Shown one piece after another: positions 46,215-55,709 of a DNA stretch of 64,000 nucleotides. The DNA is from an uncultured Gemmatimonadales bacterium. GTDB lineage: Bacteria; Gemmatimonadota; Gemmatimonadetes; JACCXV01; JAHWKZ01. Under the pieces are notes generated by a model. It did not search any database, was not told the origin of the DNA, and saw only the letters and a program-made list of their open reading frames with translations. The DNA is taken from the NCBI GenBank assembly GCA_947259315.1, contig CAMYLR010000011.1, forward strand, positions 72,177 to 136,176, read 5' to 3'. The translations under genes and the position numbers were made by a program. The number at the start of each line of letters is the position of its first letter. Position 1 is the first letter of the stretch.

Positions 46215-47465
46215 ATGACCGGGCCCGCCGTCAACCTGGTAGGTATCAGCCACAAAACGGCGCCACTCGCCCGCCGAGAGCGGTTTGCGTTTCCTACCGC
46301 GACGTGTCGCGAGATCCTCTCGCAATCGACCGAAGAGACGCTGATCCTGGTGACCTGTAATCGAACTGAGCTGTATGGTTTGGCCGGGGCGGCGGAGCTC
46401 GAATCGAGCCTGTTGGCGGCAGCCAACGCCGGCCAGGGGCCGTTCTATGTCCGCGAGGGCCGCGAGGCGGTCGAACACCTCTACGAGGTCGCCGGCGGGC
46501 TCGACTCGATGGTGCTGGGAGAGCCCCAGATACTGGGACAAGTGAAACGGGCGATGGGGACGGCGCGCGACGCGGGTCGGTTGGGACCCGTTCTAGACGA
46601 GCTGACCCGCCGTGCGGTCCGTGTTGGTCGGAGGATCAGGGGCGAAACCGGTGTTGGGCGCGGGTTGCCGTCGATCCCGAAGGTCGCCACTGGGATGGCA
46701 CGACTGACGCTCGGCGAGCTAAGTGGACGCTCGATGCTCATCATTGGCTCCGGAAAGCTCGGTGATTTGACCGCACAGACGCTGCAGCGGGCTGGTGCGG
46801 CCGACATCGTGGTTACCAACCGCCACTCGGAATCGGCCCAGCGGCTGGCTCAATCGATCGGCGGTCGAGCGGAACCGCTCGGCGAGATCGATCGGCTGCT
46901 CGCCGACGCCGACATCGTCATATCGTGCACATCTTCACAGACCCCGATCCTCGACCGCCACCAGTTGGAGCGCGTGGTCGGGCAACGTCGTTCGCCGCAG
47001 CCATTGGTCATCATCGACATCGCGGTGCCGCGAGACATCGAGCCGACGGCCTGCGAAATCGAGGGTGTACACCTGTTCGATCTCGATGACCTGCGCGGAT
47101 GGAGCTCGGAGGCCGTTCCCAGGAAAGCGATTGACGCGGCTCGAGACATCGTCGCTGCCGAGGCGCAGGATTTCGATGTGTGGTTGGCGGGTCGCTCCGC
47201 GGTGCCAACGATCCGGGCGCTTCGCGATCGAGCCGAGCGAATCGTCGCCGCGGAGGTGGAGCGAGCGGGCTCAAATGACCAGGAGACGCTACGAGCCTTT
47301 GGAAGGCGAGTGATAAACAAGCTGCTACACCATCCGACAGCCAGACTCAAAGACCGGGCCGCCTCGGAAGGGGAGACCTACCTCGACCTCGCTCGCGATC
47401 TCTTCGCTCTCGATCTCGAGTTTCCTGACGAGCGGGGCAATGGTGGGCGTGACAGTGGTGGGTGA
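46215..47465 (+). CDS. hemA: Glutamyl-tRNA reductase
   Basis: LVGISHKTAPLARRERFAF, catalytic-Cys block LILVTCNRTELY, NADPH domain IIGSGKLGDLTAQTL. Start moved to ATG 46215 because the track ORF start at 46119 overlaps the tRNA. Confidence 0.85.
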   Translation: MTGPAVNLVGISHKTAPLARRERFAFPTATCREILSQSTEETLILVTCNRTELYGLAGAAELESSLLAAANAGQGPFYVREGREAVEHLYEVAGGLDSMVLGEPQILGQVKRAMGTARDAGRLGPVLDELTRRAVRVGRRIRGETGVGRGLPSIPKVATGMARLTLGELSGRSMLIIGSGKLGDLTAQTLQRAGAADIVVTNRHSESAQRLAQSIGGRAEPLGEIDRLLADADIVISCTSSQTPILDRHQLERVVGQRRSPQPLVIIDIAVPRDIEPTACEIEGVHLFDLDDLRGWSSEAVPRKAIDAARDIVAAEAQDFDVWLAGRSAVPTIRALRDRAERIVAAEVERAGSNDQETLRAFGRRVINKLLHHPTARLKDRAASEGETYLDLARDLFALDLEFPDERGNGGRDSGG

Positions 47466-48381
47466 AGCGCGGCCGCGGTTGCGGATCGGGACCCGGGGTA
47501 GCGCACTAGCCAGAGCCCAAACGCGGCTCGTCTCGCGGGCACTCGAAGCGGCCGGTTGGGAAACCGAGGAAGTCGTCGTGCGAACGGCTGGGGATCGGTC
47601 TCCGGATGCGTCTCCGGCCGAGTTGGGGCGCGGCGCTTTCGTGGCTGCGCTCGAGCGTGCCCTCACGGATCGGTCGGTCGACCTGACCGTGCACAGCGCC
47701 AAGGACTTGCCAACTGGTGATCGGCCCGCGGTGACGGTGATCGCTTACCCACCACGCGCGGACGCCCGCGACGCGATCGTGACCCGCGACGGGGAACCAC
47801 TGGCGAGTCTGCCGCCGGGTGCGCGGGTCGCAACATCGAGTCCTCGCCGACGCGCATTCCTGCTGTCCGAGCGTGACGACCTCAACGTGGTCCCGATTCG
47901 CGGCAACGTCGATACGCGACTCGCCAAGCTGGATCGGGGTGACGTCGACGCTTTGTGCGTTGCAGCAGCGGGGCTCGATCGGCTCGGTTTGGCGAGCCGC
48001 GCCGCTGAGCGGCTTGCGCCAGCGCGTATGCTCCCGGCTGTTGGTCAGGGCGCTCTCGCGGTTCAGATCCGAAACGAGGATGAAGACCTCGAGGGTGATC
48101 TCAGTTCGCTTGATGATCCGATTACGCGCCGGGCGGTGACCGCGGAGCGCAGTTTTCTGGGAGCGATGGGGGGTGGCTGCCAGACCCCGCTGGCGGCTTA
48201 CGCGATCTGCGAAGACGACCAGCTGACGATCGATGGGGCAGCGATCGACCCCGCTGGCGGCCAGGCGTTCTTTGATCGCTCGACCGGCCCGATCGACGAG
48301 GCCGCTCGGATCGGGAGTCAGCTCGCCGAGCGACTGCTGGCGAATGGCGCCGATGTGATCGTGGGGGTGGGACTGAAGTGA
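47440..48381 (+). CDS. hemC: Hydroxymethylbilane synthase (porphobilinogen deaminase)
   Basis: RIGTRGSALARAQT, AKDLPTG, VPIRGNVDTRLAKL, GGCQTPLAAYA. Confidence 0.9.
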   Translation: MVGVTVVGEARPRLRIGTRGSALARAQTRLVSRALEAAGWETEEVVVRTAGDRSPDASPAELGRGAFVAALERALTDRSVDLTVHSAKDLPTGDRPAVTVIAYPPRADARDAIVTRDGEPLASLPPGARVATSSPRRRAFLLSERDDLNVVPIRGNVDTRLAKLDRGDVDALCVAAAGLDRLGLASRAAERLAPARMLPAVGQGALAVQIRNEDEDLEGDLSSLDDPITRRAVTAERSFLGAMGGGCQTPLAAYAICEDDQLTIDGAAIDPAGGQAFFDRSTGPIDEAARIGSQLAERLLANGADVIVGVGLK

Positions 48382-49151
48382 AGGGCAACCTCTTGCACGG
48401 TTGGCGCGTCCTTGTGACCGCCTCGGAGGGTGGTCGGTTCTGCGATCATCTAGAGCGCAACGGTGCGCTATCGGTTCACGTCCCGACGATAGCGATTCGG
48501 CCGCTCGGTGGTGAGCTGATCGATGGCGCGTTGCGCCGACTCGAAGCCTACGACTCGATTGTGCTGACCAGCAGCAACGGGGTGGACTCGCTGGCAAACC
48601 GGCTGGTGGCGCTTGGGGTGACAGTGCCCTCGGGACTGGCTTGGGTAGCGGTCGGGCCCCGGACGCGTGACGCGCTCGAGTCGTCGCTAGGCGTCGAGGT
48701 GCGCGCCATGCCATCCGAACAACGGGCGGCGGCGATTCCCGACGTGATGGGAGACGTCGAGGGCCGACGAGTGCTCCTCGTACGGGCCAAGCGAGCTACC
48801 GAGGAGCTGCCGATGATTCTGCGCCAGCGGGGTGCGGTGGTGGACGATGTGGCGGCTTACGAGACGATCGAGGGGCCGGAGGATGTGCGCAGTGCGCTCG
48901 AGTTGGCACTGACCGAGCCCCCGCGTGCGATCGTATTCACCAGCGGCTCGACCGTACGGGGTTTTGCGCGACTCGTCCCCGACCCGCGAAGCGCGTTGGA
49001 CGGAGCGGTGATCGCCTGCATCGGGCCAGTGACGTCGGAGGCTGTTCGGCAAGCCGAGCTAGGTGTCCCGGTCGAGGCAGCCGAGCCCACTCCCAAAGGG
49101 ATCGTCGAAGTACTGGTGGCTGCTTCGGGACCGGATCGCGCCCGTGTCTAG
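48378..49151 (+). CDS. hemD: Uroporphyrinogen-III synthase
   Basis: HEM4 fold repeats (LLHGWRVLVTASEG..., YDSIVLTSSNGVD, AIVFTSGSTVRGF). Its position between hemC and hemB supports the call. Confidence 0.75.
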   Translation: MKGNLLHGWRVLVTASEGGRFCDHLERNGALSVHVPTIAIRPLGGELIDGALRRLEAYDSIVLTSSNGVDSLANRLVALGVTVPSGLAWVAVGPRTRDALESSLGVEVRAMPSEQRAAAIPDVMGDVEGRRVLLVRAKRATEELPMILRQRGAVVDDVAAYETIEGPEDVRSALELALTEPPRAIVFTSGSTVRGFARLVPDPRSALDGAVIACIGPVTSEAVRQAELGVPVEAAEPTPKGIVEVLVAASGPDRARV

Positions 49152-50118
49152 TTCGAGGTTCGAGCGTTTTCGAAGGCTGCGGCGAACGCCAGCGATGCGA
49201 GCGTTGATCGCCGAGACTCGACTCTCTGCGCGCCAGCTGGTGTATCCGATGTTTGTTCGGGACGGACAGGGGGTACGCGAACCGATCGCGTCGATGCCGG
49301 GCCAGGAGCGGGTGTCGGCCGACGAGCTGGTGCGCGATGTCGACCGTGCCTCCGAGCTCGGGATCGGTGGAGTCTTATTGTTTGGCTTGCCGGCCGAGAA
49401 AGACGGTGTCGGCAGCGGCGCATGGGACGAAGACGGGGTCGTTCAGCGCGCGATTAGGGCGGTGCGCCAAGCCGATCCGGGCTTGGTCGTGGCGGCCGAC
49501 GTTTGTCTGTGTGGCTACACCGATCACGGTCACTGCGGGGTGTTACGCGATGGCGATGTGGACAACGACGAGACGTTGCCGTTGCTGGCGCGAGCTGCCG
49601 CGTCCCTGGCGGCAGCAGGGGCGGATATCGTCGCGCCGAGCTCGATGATGGACGGCCAGGTCGCGGCGATCCGTTTGCAGCTCGACGAGGCGGGTCACCG
49701 GGACGTGGCGATCATGGCTTATGCCGCCAAGTACGCGTCGGCGTTCTACGGCCCGTTTCGTGACGCCGCCGATTCAGCTCCCCAGAGCGGAGATCGGCGG
49801 GGGTACCAAATGGATCCGTCCCATGTTCGGCAGGGGTTGGCGGAGATCGCTACCGATCTCTCCGAGGGGGCCGACGTGGTGATGGTCAAACCCGCGCTGG
49901 CCTATCTCGACGTGATTCGCGCCGCGCGCGAGCGGTTCGACGCGCCCCTCGCTGCGTACAGCGTGAGCGGTGAGTACGCGATGCTGGCGGCGGCCGCCGA
50001 ACGCGGTTGGCTGGATCACGAGGCCGTGGTTCTCGAGTCGCTGAACGCGATCGTCCGTGCGGGTGCGGACATCGTGATCACCTACTCCGCACTGGATGCC
50101 GCCCGTTGGCTGAGTTGA
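49144..50118 (+). CDS. hemB: Porphobilinogen synthase (delta-aminolevulinate dehydratase)
   Basis: FRRLRRTPAMRALIAETRLSARQLVYPMFV, active-site region VCLCGYTDHGHCG, MVKPALAYLDVI. The GTG start at 49144 overlaps the hemD stop. The track start at 49063 is an extension. Confidence 0.9.
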   Translation: MSSSRFERFRRLRRTPAMRALIAETRLSARQLVYPMFVRDGQGVREPIASMPGQERVSADELVRDVDRASELGIGGVLLFGLPAEKDGVGSGAWDEDGVVQRAIRAVRQADPGLVVAADVCLCGYTDHGHCGVLRDGDVDNDETLPLLARAAASLAAAGADIVAPSSMMDGQVAAIRLQLDEAGHRDVAIMAYAAKYASAFYGPFRDAADSAPQSGDRRGYQMDPSHVRQGLAEIATDLSEGADVVMVKPALAYLDVIRAARERFDAPLAAYSVSGEYAMLAAAAERGWLDHEAVVLESLNAIVRAGADIVITYSALDAARWLS

Positions 50119-50801
50119 GCGCTCGCAATTTCGTCCACGTGCTGGCGTTACGGGTCGACCCCGCCTGGCGGAGGGAATCGCGTGAAACGCGTCGCGTCGA
50201 GTGCGAAGAGCTGCTCGAGGCCGCCAGTCGAGCCGCCGAGAGAGTGACGACATACACGTACTCGATGATCGGCACACGGACCGACGTGGATCTGCTGTTT
50301 TGGCGACTCGGTGCGTCGCTCGAGGACCTCGAGGAGACCGCGAGTTCGCTGTTGTGTTCGGGTGTCGGGAAATGGTGCACGATCTCCCATTCCATGATCG
50401 GCTTGGTCCGACCTTCTAAGTACGTAAAAGAGAGAACTCCCCAGGAGGAGGCGATGTTCACCGGCGATCGTTCCCGGTATCTGATCGTCTACCCGTTCGT
50501 CAAGACGACCGAGTGGTACTTGCTGCCGGAAGACGAGCAACGTCGTCAGATGTCGGAGCACATCCGGGTGGGGCGGCGCTACCCGATGATCCAGCAGTTG
50601 CTCGCATATTCGTTTGGACTCGACGATCAGGAGTTCATCGTCGCTTACGAGACCGATGATCTTGGCGCTTTTCAGGACCTCGTTCGTGACCTCAGAGCGA
50701 CCGAAGGCCGGTTGGCGACGGTCCGCGACGTTCCGCAACTGGTAGGGGTCCATCGTCCGCTGGCCGACATAATGGCGTTGATCGGAGGGTCGGAGGCGTG
50801 A
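50115..50801 (+). CDS. hemQ: Chlorite-dismutase-family coproheme decarboxylase (HemQ/ChdC)
   Basis: TTG start overlaps the hemB stop (TTGA). Cld-family C-terminal domain (YLIVYPFVKTTEWYLLPEDEQRRQMSEHIRVGRRY..., FIVAYETDDLGAFQDLV). Its position inside the hem operon supports a haem-synthesis role rather than chlorite dismutase. Confidence 0.75.
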   Translation: MSARNFVHVLALRVDPAWRRESRETRRVECEELLEAASRAAERVTTYTYSMIGTRTDVDLLFWRLGASLEDLEETASSLLCSGVGKWCTISHSMIGLVRPSKYVKERTPQEEAMFTGDRSRYLIVYPFVKTTEWYLLPEDEQRRQMSEHIRVGRRYPMIQQLLAYSFGLDDQEFIVAYETDDLGAFQDLVRDLRATEGRLATVRDVPQLVGVHRPLADIMALIGGSEA

Positions 50802-52069
50802 ACCAGACGCTGTTTGCGCAAGCCAGAGAGCTCTTCCCCGGGGGGGTCAACAGCCCGGTGCGCGCCTTCGGTGCGGTGGGGGGGACCCCGCGCTTTATCA
50901 CGCGCGCTGAAGGCGCCCACGTGTGGGACGCGGACGGCGTCAGACGAATCGACTACGTCTCGTCGTGGGGCGCGATCATCCTCGGTCACGCCGATCCCGG
51001 CGTCGTCGATGTGGTCCGTTCAGCTGCCAGCCTTGGCACGAGCTACGGCGCGCCGACTCCGGCTGAGATCGCGCTCGCGGAGCGCATTCGGGCTGCGATA
51101 CCGTCGGTCGAGCGGATGCGTTTCACATCCTCGGGGACGGAAGCGGCGATGAGCGCAGTCCGCTTGGCGCGAGCCCACACAGGCCGGACAAAAATCCTGA
51201 AGTTCGCTGGGTGTTACCATGGGCATATCGACGCGCTCTTGACGGCGGCGGGCTCCGGGGTCGCGACGATGGGATTGCCGGGGAGTGCCGGGGTGTCCCC
51301 AGAAGCCACCCGTGACACGCTGGTGGCTCCGTACAACGATCTAGGCGCGGTGAACGAGCTATTCGACCGTTATGGAGATGAGCTCGCGGCCGTATTGGTC
51401 GAGCCGGTGGCTGCTAACATGGGGCTGGTCCTGCCAGCGCCGGGCTTTCTCGAGCTCCTGCGCGAGCAGGCCAGCGCGCATGAAGCATTGCTGGTCTTCG
51501 ACGAGGTCATAACGGGGTTTCGCGTGGCGCCGGGTGGCGCTCAGGAGCGGTACGGCGTGATCCCTGACTTGACGTGTCTGGGGAAAGTGATCGGTGGCGG
51601 TCTTCCGGTCGGGGCGTTTGGCGGCCGGGCCGATATCATGGCTCAGGTCGCACCCGATGGACCTATGTATCAAGCCGGGACTCTGTCAGGCAACCCGTTG
51701 GCGATGGTCGCGGGCGCGGCGACTTTAGGTCGCCTCACGGACCGCAGTGTGTTCGATCGGTTGGAACAACAGACCGCTCGGCTGGCGACCGGGCTTGCGG
51801 AAGCGATTGACGCCAGCCCGCACGCCGGACGCGCTAGCGTGGCTACGCTTGCATCTCTGCTGACGCTCTTCTGGACGCCGCAACCACCGACCTCGTTCGC
51901 CGAAGCCCAAGCCGGCGACGACGAAGCGTTCGCGCGGTTCTTTCACGGCCTGCTCGATCGCGGCATCAGCCTGCCACCTTCGCCCTACGAAGCCTGGTTT
52001 GTGACGCTGGCTCACGGCGAGGACGAGATCGAAGCCACGTTGGCGGCTGCCGGGCAAGCGCTTGCCTAA
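50798..52069 (+). CDS. hemL: Glutamate-1-semialdehyde 2,1-aminomutase
   Basis: LFPGGVNSPVRAF, PLP-lysine region (DEVITGFRVAPGGAQERYGVIPDLTCLGKVIGGGLPVGAFGG). Confidence 0.9.
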   Translation: MNQTLFAQARELFPGGVNSPVRAFGAVGGTPRFITRAEGAHVWDADGVRRIDYVSSWGAIILGHADPGVVDVVRSAASLGTSYGAPTPAEIALAERIRAAIPSVERMRFTSSGTEAAMSAVRLARAHTGRTKILKFAGCYHGHIDALLTAAGSGVATMGLPGSAGVSPEATRDTLVAPYNDLGAVNELFDRYGDELAAVLVEPVAANMGLVLPAPGFLELLREQASAHEALLVFDEVITGFRVAPGGAQERYGVIPDLTCLGKVIGGGLPVGAFGGRADIMAQVAPDGPMYQAGTLSGNPLAMVAGAATLGRLTDRSVFDRLEQQTARLATGLAEAIDASPHAGRASVATLASLLTLFWTPQPPTSFAEAQAGDDEAFARFFHGLLDRGISLPPSPYEAWFVTLAHGEDEIEATLAAAGQALA

Positions 52070-52084
52070 CCGGTCCCGGTTCTC

Positions 52085-53095
52085 GTGAGCGATCGTTTCC
52101 TCCTCGCCTGTCGCAGCGAAGAGGTGGATTGTACGCCGGTCTGGTTTATGCGACAGGCGGGTCGATGTTTGCCCGAGTACCGCGCGATTCGAAAGCATCA
52201 TTCGTTGCTGGAGATCGTTCGCCAGCCCGAGCTCTGCACAGAAGTCACGCTCCAACCGGTCGACCGGTTCGGGGTCGATGCCGCGATCGTGTTCTCTGAC
52301 ATCACGCTGCCTTTTCTTGGCCTCGGCGTTCAATTCGAGATTCAATCCGGGGTTGGCCCGGTGGTCGAGAGCCCTTTGCGGGAGCCGGTTGACGTCGAAC
52401 GGCTGTCGGTATTCGATCCGCATTCCGACGTGGCCGAGCTGTTCGCCGCGATCGATTTGATACGACGCGCGAGCGCGGTGCCCGTGATCGGTTTCGCGGG
52501 CGCACCGTTTACGCTGGCGGCATACCTGATCGAGGGTCGACCATCGAGACGGTTCCATCTCGTGAAGGGTTTTATGCACCAACACCCCGGTGCCTGGCGG
52601 CGGCTGATGGAACAGTTGACTGACGCGACGATCGCGTATCTGGCGGCTCAGGTCGAAGCTGGCGCCCAAGCGCTGCAGGTCTTCGATTCGTGGATCGGAG
52701 CGCTGAGCCCGAGCGATTATCGCGCGTCGATTCAGCCGCATATGGAACGCTTGTTTGGGAGCCTGCCGCCGGTTCCGACGATCCACTTTGGGACCGATAC
52801 GGCGGGGTTGCTGCCGTCATTGGCGGAGGCTGGGGGTGATGTCATCGGGCTCGACTGGCGTATCGATCTCGACCGTGGGTGGGAGATCGTCGGCGACCGT
52901 GGGATCCAGGGTAACCTCGACCCAGTGGTCGCAGCCGGCCCGTGGGAGGTCGCCGAGCGTCAGACCCGTGCGATCCTGGCCGCGGCGGGTGGCCGGCGAG
53001 GGCACGTGTTCAACCTCGGCCACGGCGTTCTTCCCCACACACCCGTCGATAACTTGAAACGGTTGGTCGAGCTGGTTCACGAGGAGACCGCGTGA
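52085..53095 (+). CDS. hemE: Uroporphyrinogen decarboxylase
   Basis: PVWFMRQAGRCLPEYRAIR, QVFDSW, FNLGHGVLPHTP. Confidence 0.9.
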   Translation: MSDRFLLACRSEEVDCTPVWFMRQAGRCLPEYRAIRKHHSLLEIVRQPELCTEVTLQPVDRFGVDAAIVFSDITLPFLGLGVQFEIQSGVGPVVESPLREPVDVERLSVFDPHSDVAELFAAIDLIRRASAVPVIGFAGAPFTLAAYLIEGRPSRRFHLVKGFMHQHPGAWRRLMEQLTDATIAYLAAQVEAGAQALQVFDSWIGALSPSDYRASIQPHMERLFGSLPPVPTIHFGTDTAGLLPSLAEAGGDVIGLDWRIDLDRGWEIVGDRGIQGNLDPVVAAGPWEVAERQTRAILAAAGGRRGHVFNLGHGVLPHTPVDNLKRLVELVHEETA

Positions 53096-54003
53096 CTCCG
53101 GGATTGCTGGTCATGTCGTATGGGACCCCTGAGCGACTCGAGGACGTCGAGTCGTATTACACCCACATTCGGCGTGGCGATCCGCCCCCTCCGGAGCTGC
53201 TCGACGAGCTAGTGGAGCGTTACCGGGCGGTTGGGGGTCCCACGGCTCTAAATCGCATCACGCGTCGACAGGCGGCCGCGCTGGAAGCGACGCTCGGAGA
53301 TCGTGGAGCCCATGTTCAACTGTATATCGGGTTCAAGCACGTGGCGCCGTTCATCGGCGATGTCGTTGAACAGATGGCCGCCGATGGCATCGAAAGGGCG
53401 GTCGGCCTCGTGTTGGCTCCGCACTATTCGCTGCGCTCGATCGCCGAGTACCAGACGTATGCGGAAAAGAAGCGACCCGACGGTATGCGGTTAGACATCG
53501 TTTCAAGTTGGCACGACCATCCGGCGTTTATCGACGGGCTCGCCCGGCGGCTCAGCGATGCGCTGCCGGGCGCAGGCGACAACCCGCACGTCGTTTTCAC
53601 GGCACATTCGGTGCCCGCATCGGTGCTCAATCGCGGCGATCCATATCCTGATCAACTCCAACGCACGGCCCAACTGGTAGCCGAGGCCGCAAGCCTTGAC
53701 GGGTGGTCCTTCGCCTATCAGAGCGCTGGTCGTACCGGCGAACCGTGGCTGGGCCCGGACATCCTCGAGACGATCGATGAGCTCGCGGAGCGGCGGGAGA
53801 GAGGTGTGGTCGTGCAATCGATCGGATTCGTGGCCGACCACCTCGAAGTGCTCTACGACCTCGACATCGAAGCCCGCGATCTGGCGAACCGGCGTGGACT
53901 CGCCTACGCTCGCGCCGCAATGCAGAACGACGATCCGGACTTCATCGAAGCGCTGGCGACCATCGTTGAAGATCGATTGGCGACACTCGAGTCGACAGGA
54001 TGA
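53092..54003 (+). CDS. hemH: Ferrochelatase, probably coproporphyrin ferrochelatase (CpfC) given the hemQ context
   Basis: LLVMSYGTPE, FTAHSVPASV, QSIGFVADHLEVLYDLDIE. The ATGA overlap with hemE suggests translational coupling. Confidence 0.85.
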   Translation: MTPGLLVMSYGTPERLEDVESYYTHIRRGDPPPPELLDELVERYRAVGGPTALNRITRRQAAALEATLGDRGAHVQLYIGFKHVAPFIGDVVEQMAADGIERAVGLVLAPHYSLRSIAEYQTYAEKKRPDGMRLDIVSSWHDHPAFIDGLARRLSDALPGAGDNPHVVFTAHSVPASVLNRGDPYPDQLQRTAQLVAEAASLDGWSFAYQSAGRTGEPWLGPDILETIDELAERRERGVVVQSIGFVADHLEVLYDLDIEARDLANRRGLAYARAAMQNDDPDFIEALATIVEDRLATLESTG

Positions 54004-54353
54004 ATGTGAGTTGGGGGGCCGCTCGGCAGAGCGTAGCTTGATGGCAACGAAAGGGTGAATCTTGAGCGTCTTTGGTAGACTGATCTTTGGCAGATGGTTC
54101 GCGCGATGGCTGCTCCGCGGTGGGCCGTGGGCGATCGCTGCCAAGCTGGCCGCAGTTGGCATTTGGGGCGCGTTCAAGTGGCGCCGTGAAACGCGCCGTC
54201 TCGCGCGCGAGGTGGAGCGCCGGGAGATCGAGGCCGAGTACGAGGTCCTGCCAGGAACCTCGGCTCCTGGGACGGGTACCGGTTCTCGGAGGCCGACCGC
54301 CGAATTGCCCGAAACATCAGCCGATAGTCAATACCCTCAGAGGAGAACAGACG

Positions 54354-55097
54354 GTGCTTAGAACATTTTTTGTCGGAGTGTTTGCCACGTTTGTATTGAC
54401 CATGCCGGTCCTGGCTCAGGACGATACCGCGGAGAACGGTGAGCCCGAGGTGGCCGCCGATGCCGCACCAGCGGCCGAAGAAGAGCCAGCGGCCGAAGAA
54501 GAACCAGCGGCCGAAGAAGAGCCAGCGGCCGAAGAAGAGCCAGCGGCCGAAGAAGAGGTCGTGTCAATGCACGATTGGGAGTTCGCGCTCCAGCCGACCC
54601 AGCACGCGCCCAGCGGCGCGGGAGTGGTCAAGGTGACCGAGGGCGACGCCGGACAGGCTCTGGTGGTCGAGGTCGAGGGGCTACCGCTGATCGATGAGCT
54701 CGACCAGGAAGACCGCGACGTCAACGCCTACACGGTATGGATCGTCCCGAGCAAGGAGCGCGTCAAGGAATCGACCTTGGCCGGTGTGGTCACGGTGGGT
54801 CCGGAGGGAACCGGCGCGTTTGAGAGCACGACCTCGCTGGAGACGTTTGGCATCATCGTTACCGCCACGCCGGACGGTGCGCCGGAGGCGATCTCGGGGG
54901 TCCCGGTCCTGACCGGAATACCGGTGACATCGGCGCCACCAGCCGCCCCAGCTGAAGACGCCGCGGCCGATACGCCGCCCGCGGAAGGGGAAGCGGCTCC
55001 AGCTGAGGACGCCGCCGCCGATGCCCCGCCAGCTGAGGGCGAGGCCGAGCCCGAAGCCGAGGAGCCGGACGAGGAAGCGCAAGGCCAAGCTTTTTAG
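54354..55097 (+). CDS. Secreted acidic low-complexity protein with (EEEPAA)n repeats
   Basis: GTG 54354 lies 7 nt after AGAGGAG. Signal peptide VLRTFFVGVFATFVLTMPVLAQD. Five EEEPAA repeats. A globular middle (MHDWEFALQP...VVTVGPEGTGAFES). An Ala/Glu/Asp/Pro-rich tail. The track ORF start at 54087 is an upstream extension. Confidence 0.5.
   Translation: MLRTFFVGVFATFVLTMPVLAQDDTAENGEPEVAADAAPAAEEEPAAEEEPAAEEEPAAEEEPAAEEEVVSMHDWEFALQPTQHAPSGAGVVKVTEGDAGQALVVEVEGLPLIDELDQEDRDVNAYTVWIVPSKERVKESTLAGVVTVGPEGTGAFESTTSLETFGIIVTATPDGAPEAISGVPVLTGIPVTSAPPAAPAEDAAADTPPAEGEAAPAEDAAADAPPAEGEAEPEAEEPDEEAQGQAF
54470..54556 (+). repeat. 18-bp coding tandem repeat (gccgaagaagagccagcg), ~4.7 copies
   Basis: Four perfect or near-perfect units (one A for G change) encode EEEPAA. 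The repeat lies inside the secreted-protein gene. Confidence 0.65.
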
Positions 55098-55138
55098 CGT
55101 CGCTTAGCGACTCTTAGTAGGACCAGCCACACAGGATG

Positions 55139-55171
55139 ACCGCCTCCCCCGCTCGGGGAGGCGGTTTTTTG
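55139..55171 (+). terminator. Rho-independent terminator
   Basis: GACCGCCTCCCCCGCTCGGGGAGGCGGTTTTTTGTGGG has a perfect 10-bp GC-rich stem, a 4-nt loop and a T6 tract. It lies 40 nt after the stop of the secreted-protein gene. Confidence 0.7.
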
Positions 55172-55181
55172 TGGGTCTACT

Positions 55182-55211
55182 TGACACGGCTGGCGCGTTC
55201 GTCCTACAATG
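55182..55211 (+). promoter_or_regulatory. Near-consensus sigma70 promoter of the dcw (mraZ) operon: TTGACA, 17/18-nt spacer, TACAAT
   Basis: cTTGACAcggctggcgcgttcgtccTACAATgtgggg lies ~30 nt before the mraZ start region. Confidence 0.55.
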
Positions 55212-55272
55212 TGGGGCCAGGTGGGAAATAATGGGAGAAAGTGGGCTGTGGACACGAACGTTGTGGGGTCAA
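55211..55272 (+). promoter_or_regulatory. Candidate MraZ operator: GTGGG / TGGGA direct repeats at ~10-11-nt periodicity
   Basis: tGTGGGgccagGTGGGaaataaTGGGAgaaaGTGGGctGTGGAcacgaacgttGTGGGg overlaps the -10 region and the mraZ start. MraZ proteins bind arrays of TGGGN or GTGG-type direct repeats in their own promoters. Confidence 0.4.
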
Positions 55273-55702
55273 AACGTCGTTTCTTGGTCAGTACACGCAT
55301 TCAATCGATGAGAAGGGTCGGGTCAGCCTCCCAGCACGGTTCAGGGACGGCGAGGCGGGTCAATCTTTTGTTGCCACCCGTGGGCTCGGGTCATGTCTCT
55401 TCCTCTACCCGTTGGCCGAGTGGGATCGGGTCCTCGCGCGATTCGACCGTCAGAAGGCTCGAATCGATCCCGAGCAGCGACGTCACTTTCTCCAACTCAT
55501 GCGACACACCGTCGAGACGACCGTCGACGCCCAGGGGAGAATCCTACTCCCGAGCCCTCTCGCCAAGCTGGCAGGCATCGGCGATGAGGTCACGTTCGTG
55601 GGCGCTGGGGACGTGATCGAGATGTGGGACCCGAAGCATTATGAGGAGTTTGTTGGCCAAGCTGGTGAGGAGTTCGATCAATGGTTGACTCAGTACCTGT
55701 AG
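55241..55702 (+). CDS. mraZ: Transcriptional regulator MraZ
   Basis: FLGQYTHSIDEKGRVSLPARFR, then a second DXXXR-containing half (GRILLPSPLAKLAGIGDEVTFVGAGDVIEMW). This is the MraZ double SpoVT/AbrB fold. Confidence 0.85.
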   Translation: MGCGHERCGVKTSFLGQYTHSIDEKGRVSLPARFRDGEAGQSFVATRGLGSCLFLYPLAEWDRVLARFDRQKARIDPEQRRHFLQLMRHTVETTVDAQGRILLPSPLAKLAGIGDEVTFVGAGDVIEMWDPKHYEEFVGQAGEEFDQWLTQYL

Positions 55703-55709
55703 CGCGACC

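Noticed and set aside
54062-54361. 99-aa ORF upstream of the acidic secreted protein
   Set aside because: It starts at TTG with no convincing RBS, and its 3' end overlaps the RBS and signal-peptide start of the better-supported downstream gene. It is kept only as a low-probability hypothetical.
54470-54556. Regular short repeats as a possible CRISPR array
   Set aside because: The units are 18 bp with no spacers, lie inside an ORF and encode an EEEPAA peptide repeat. No cas genes are present.
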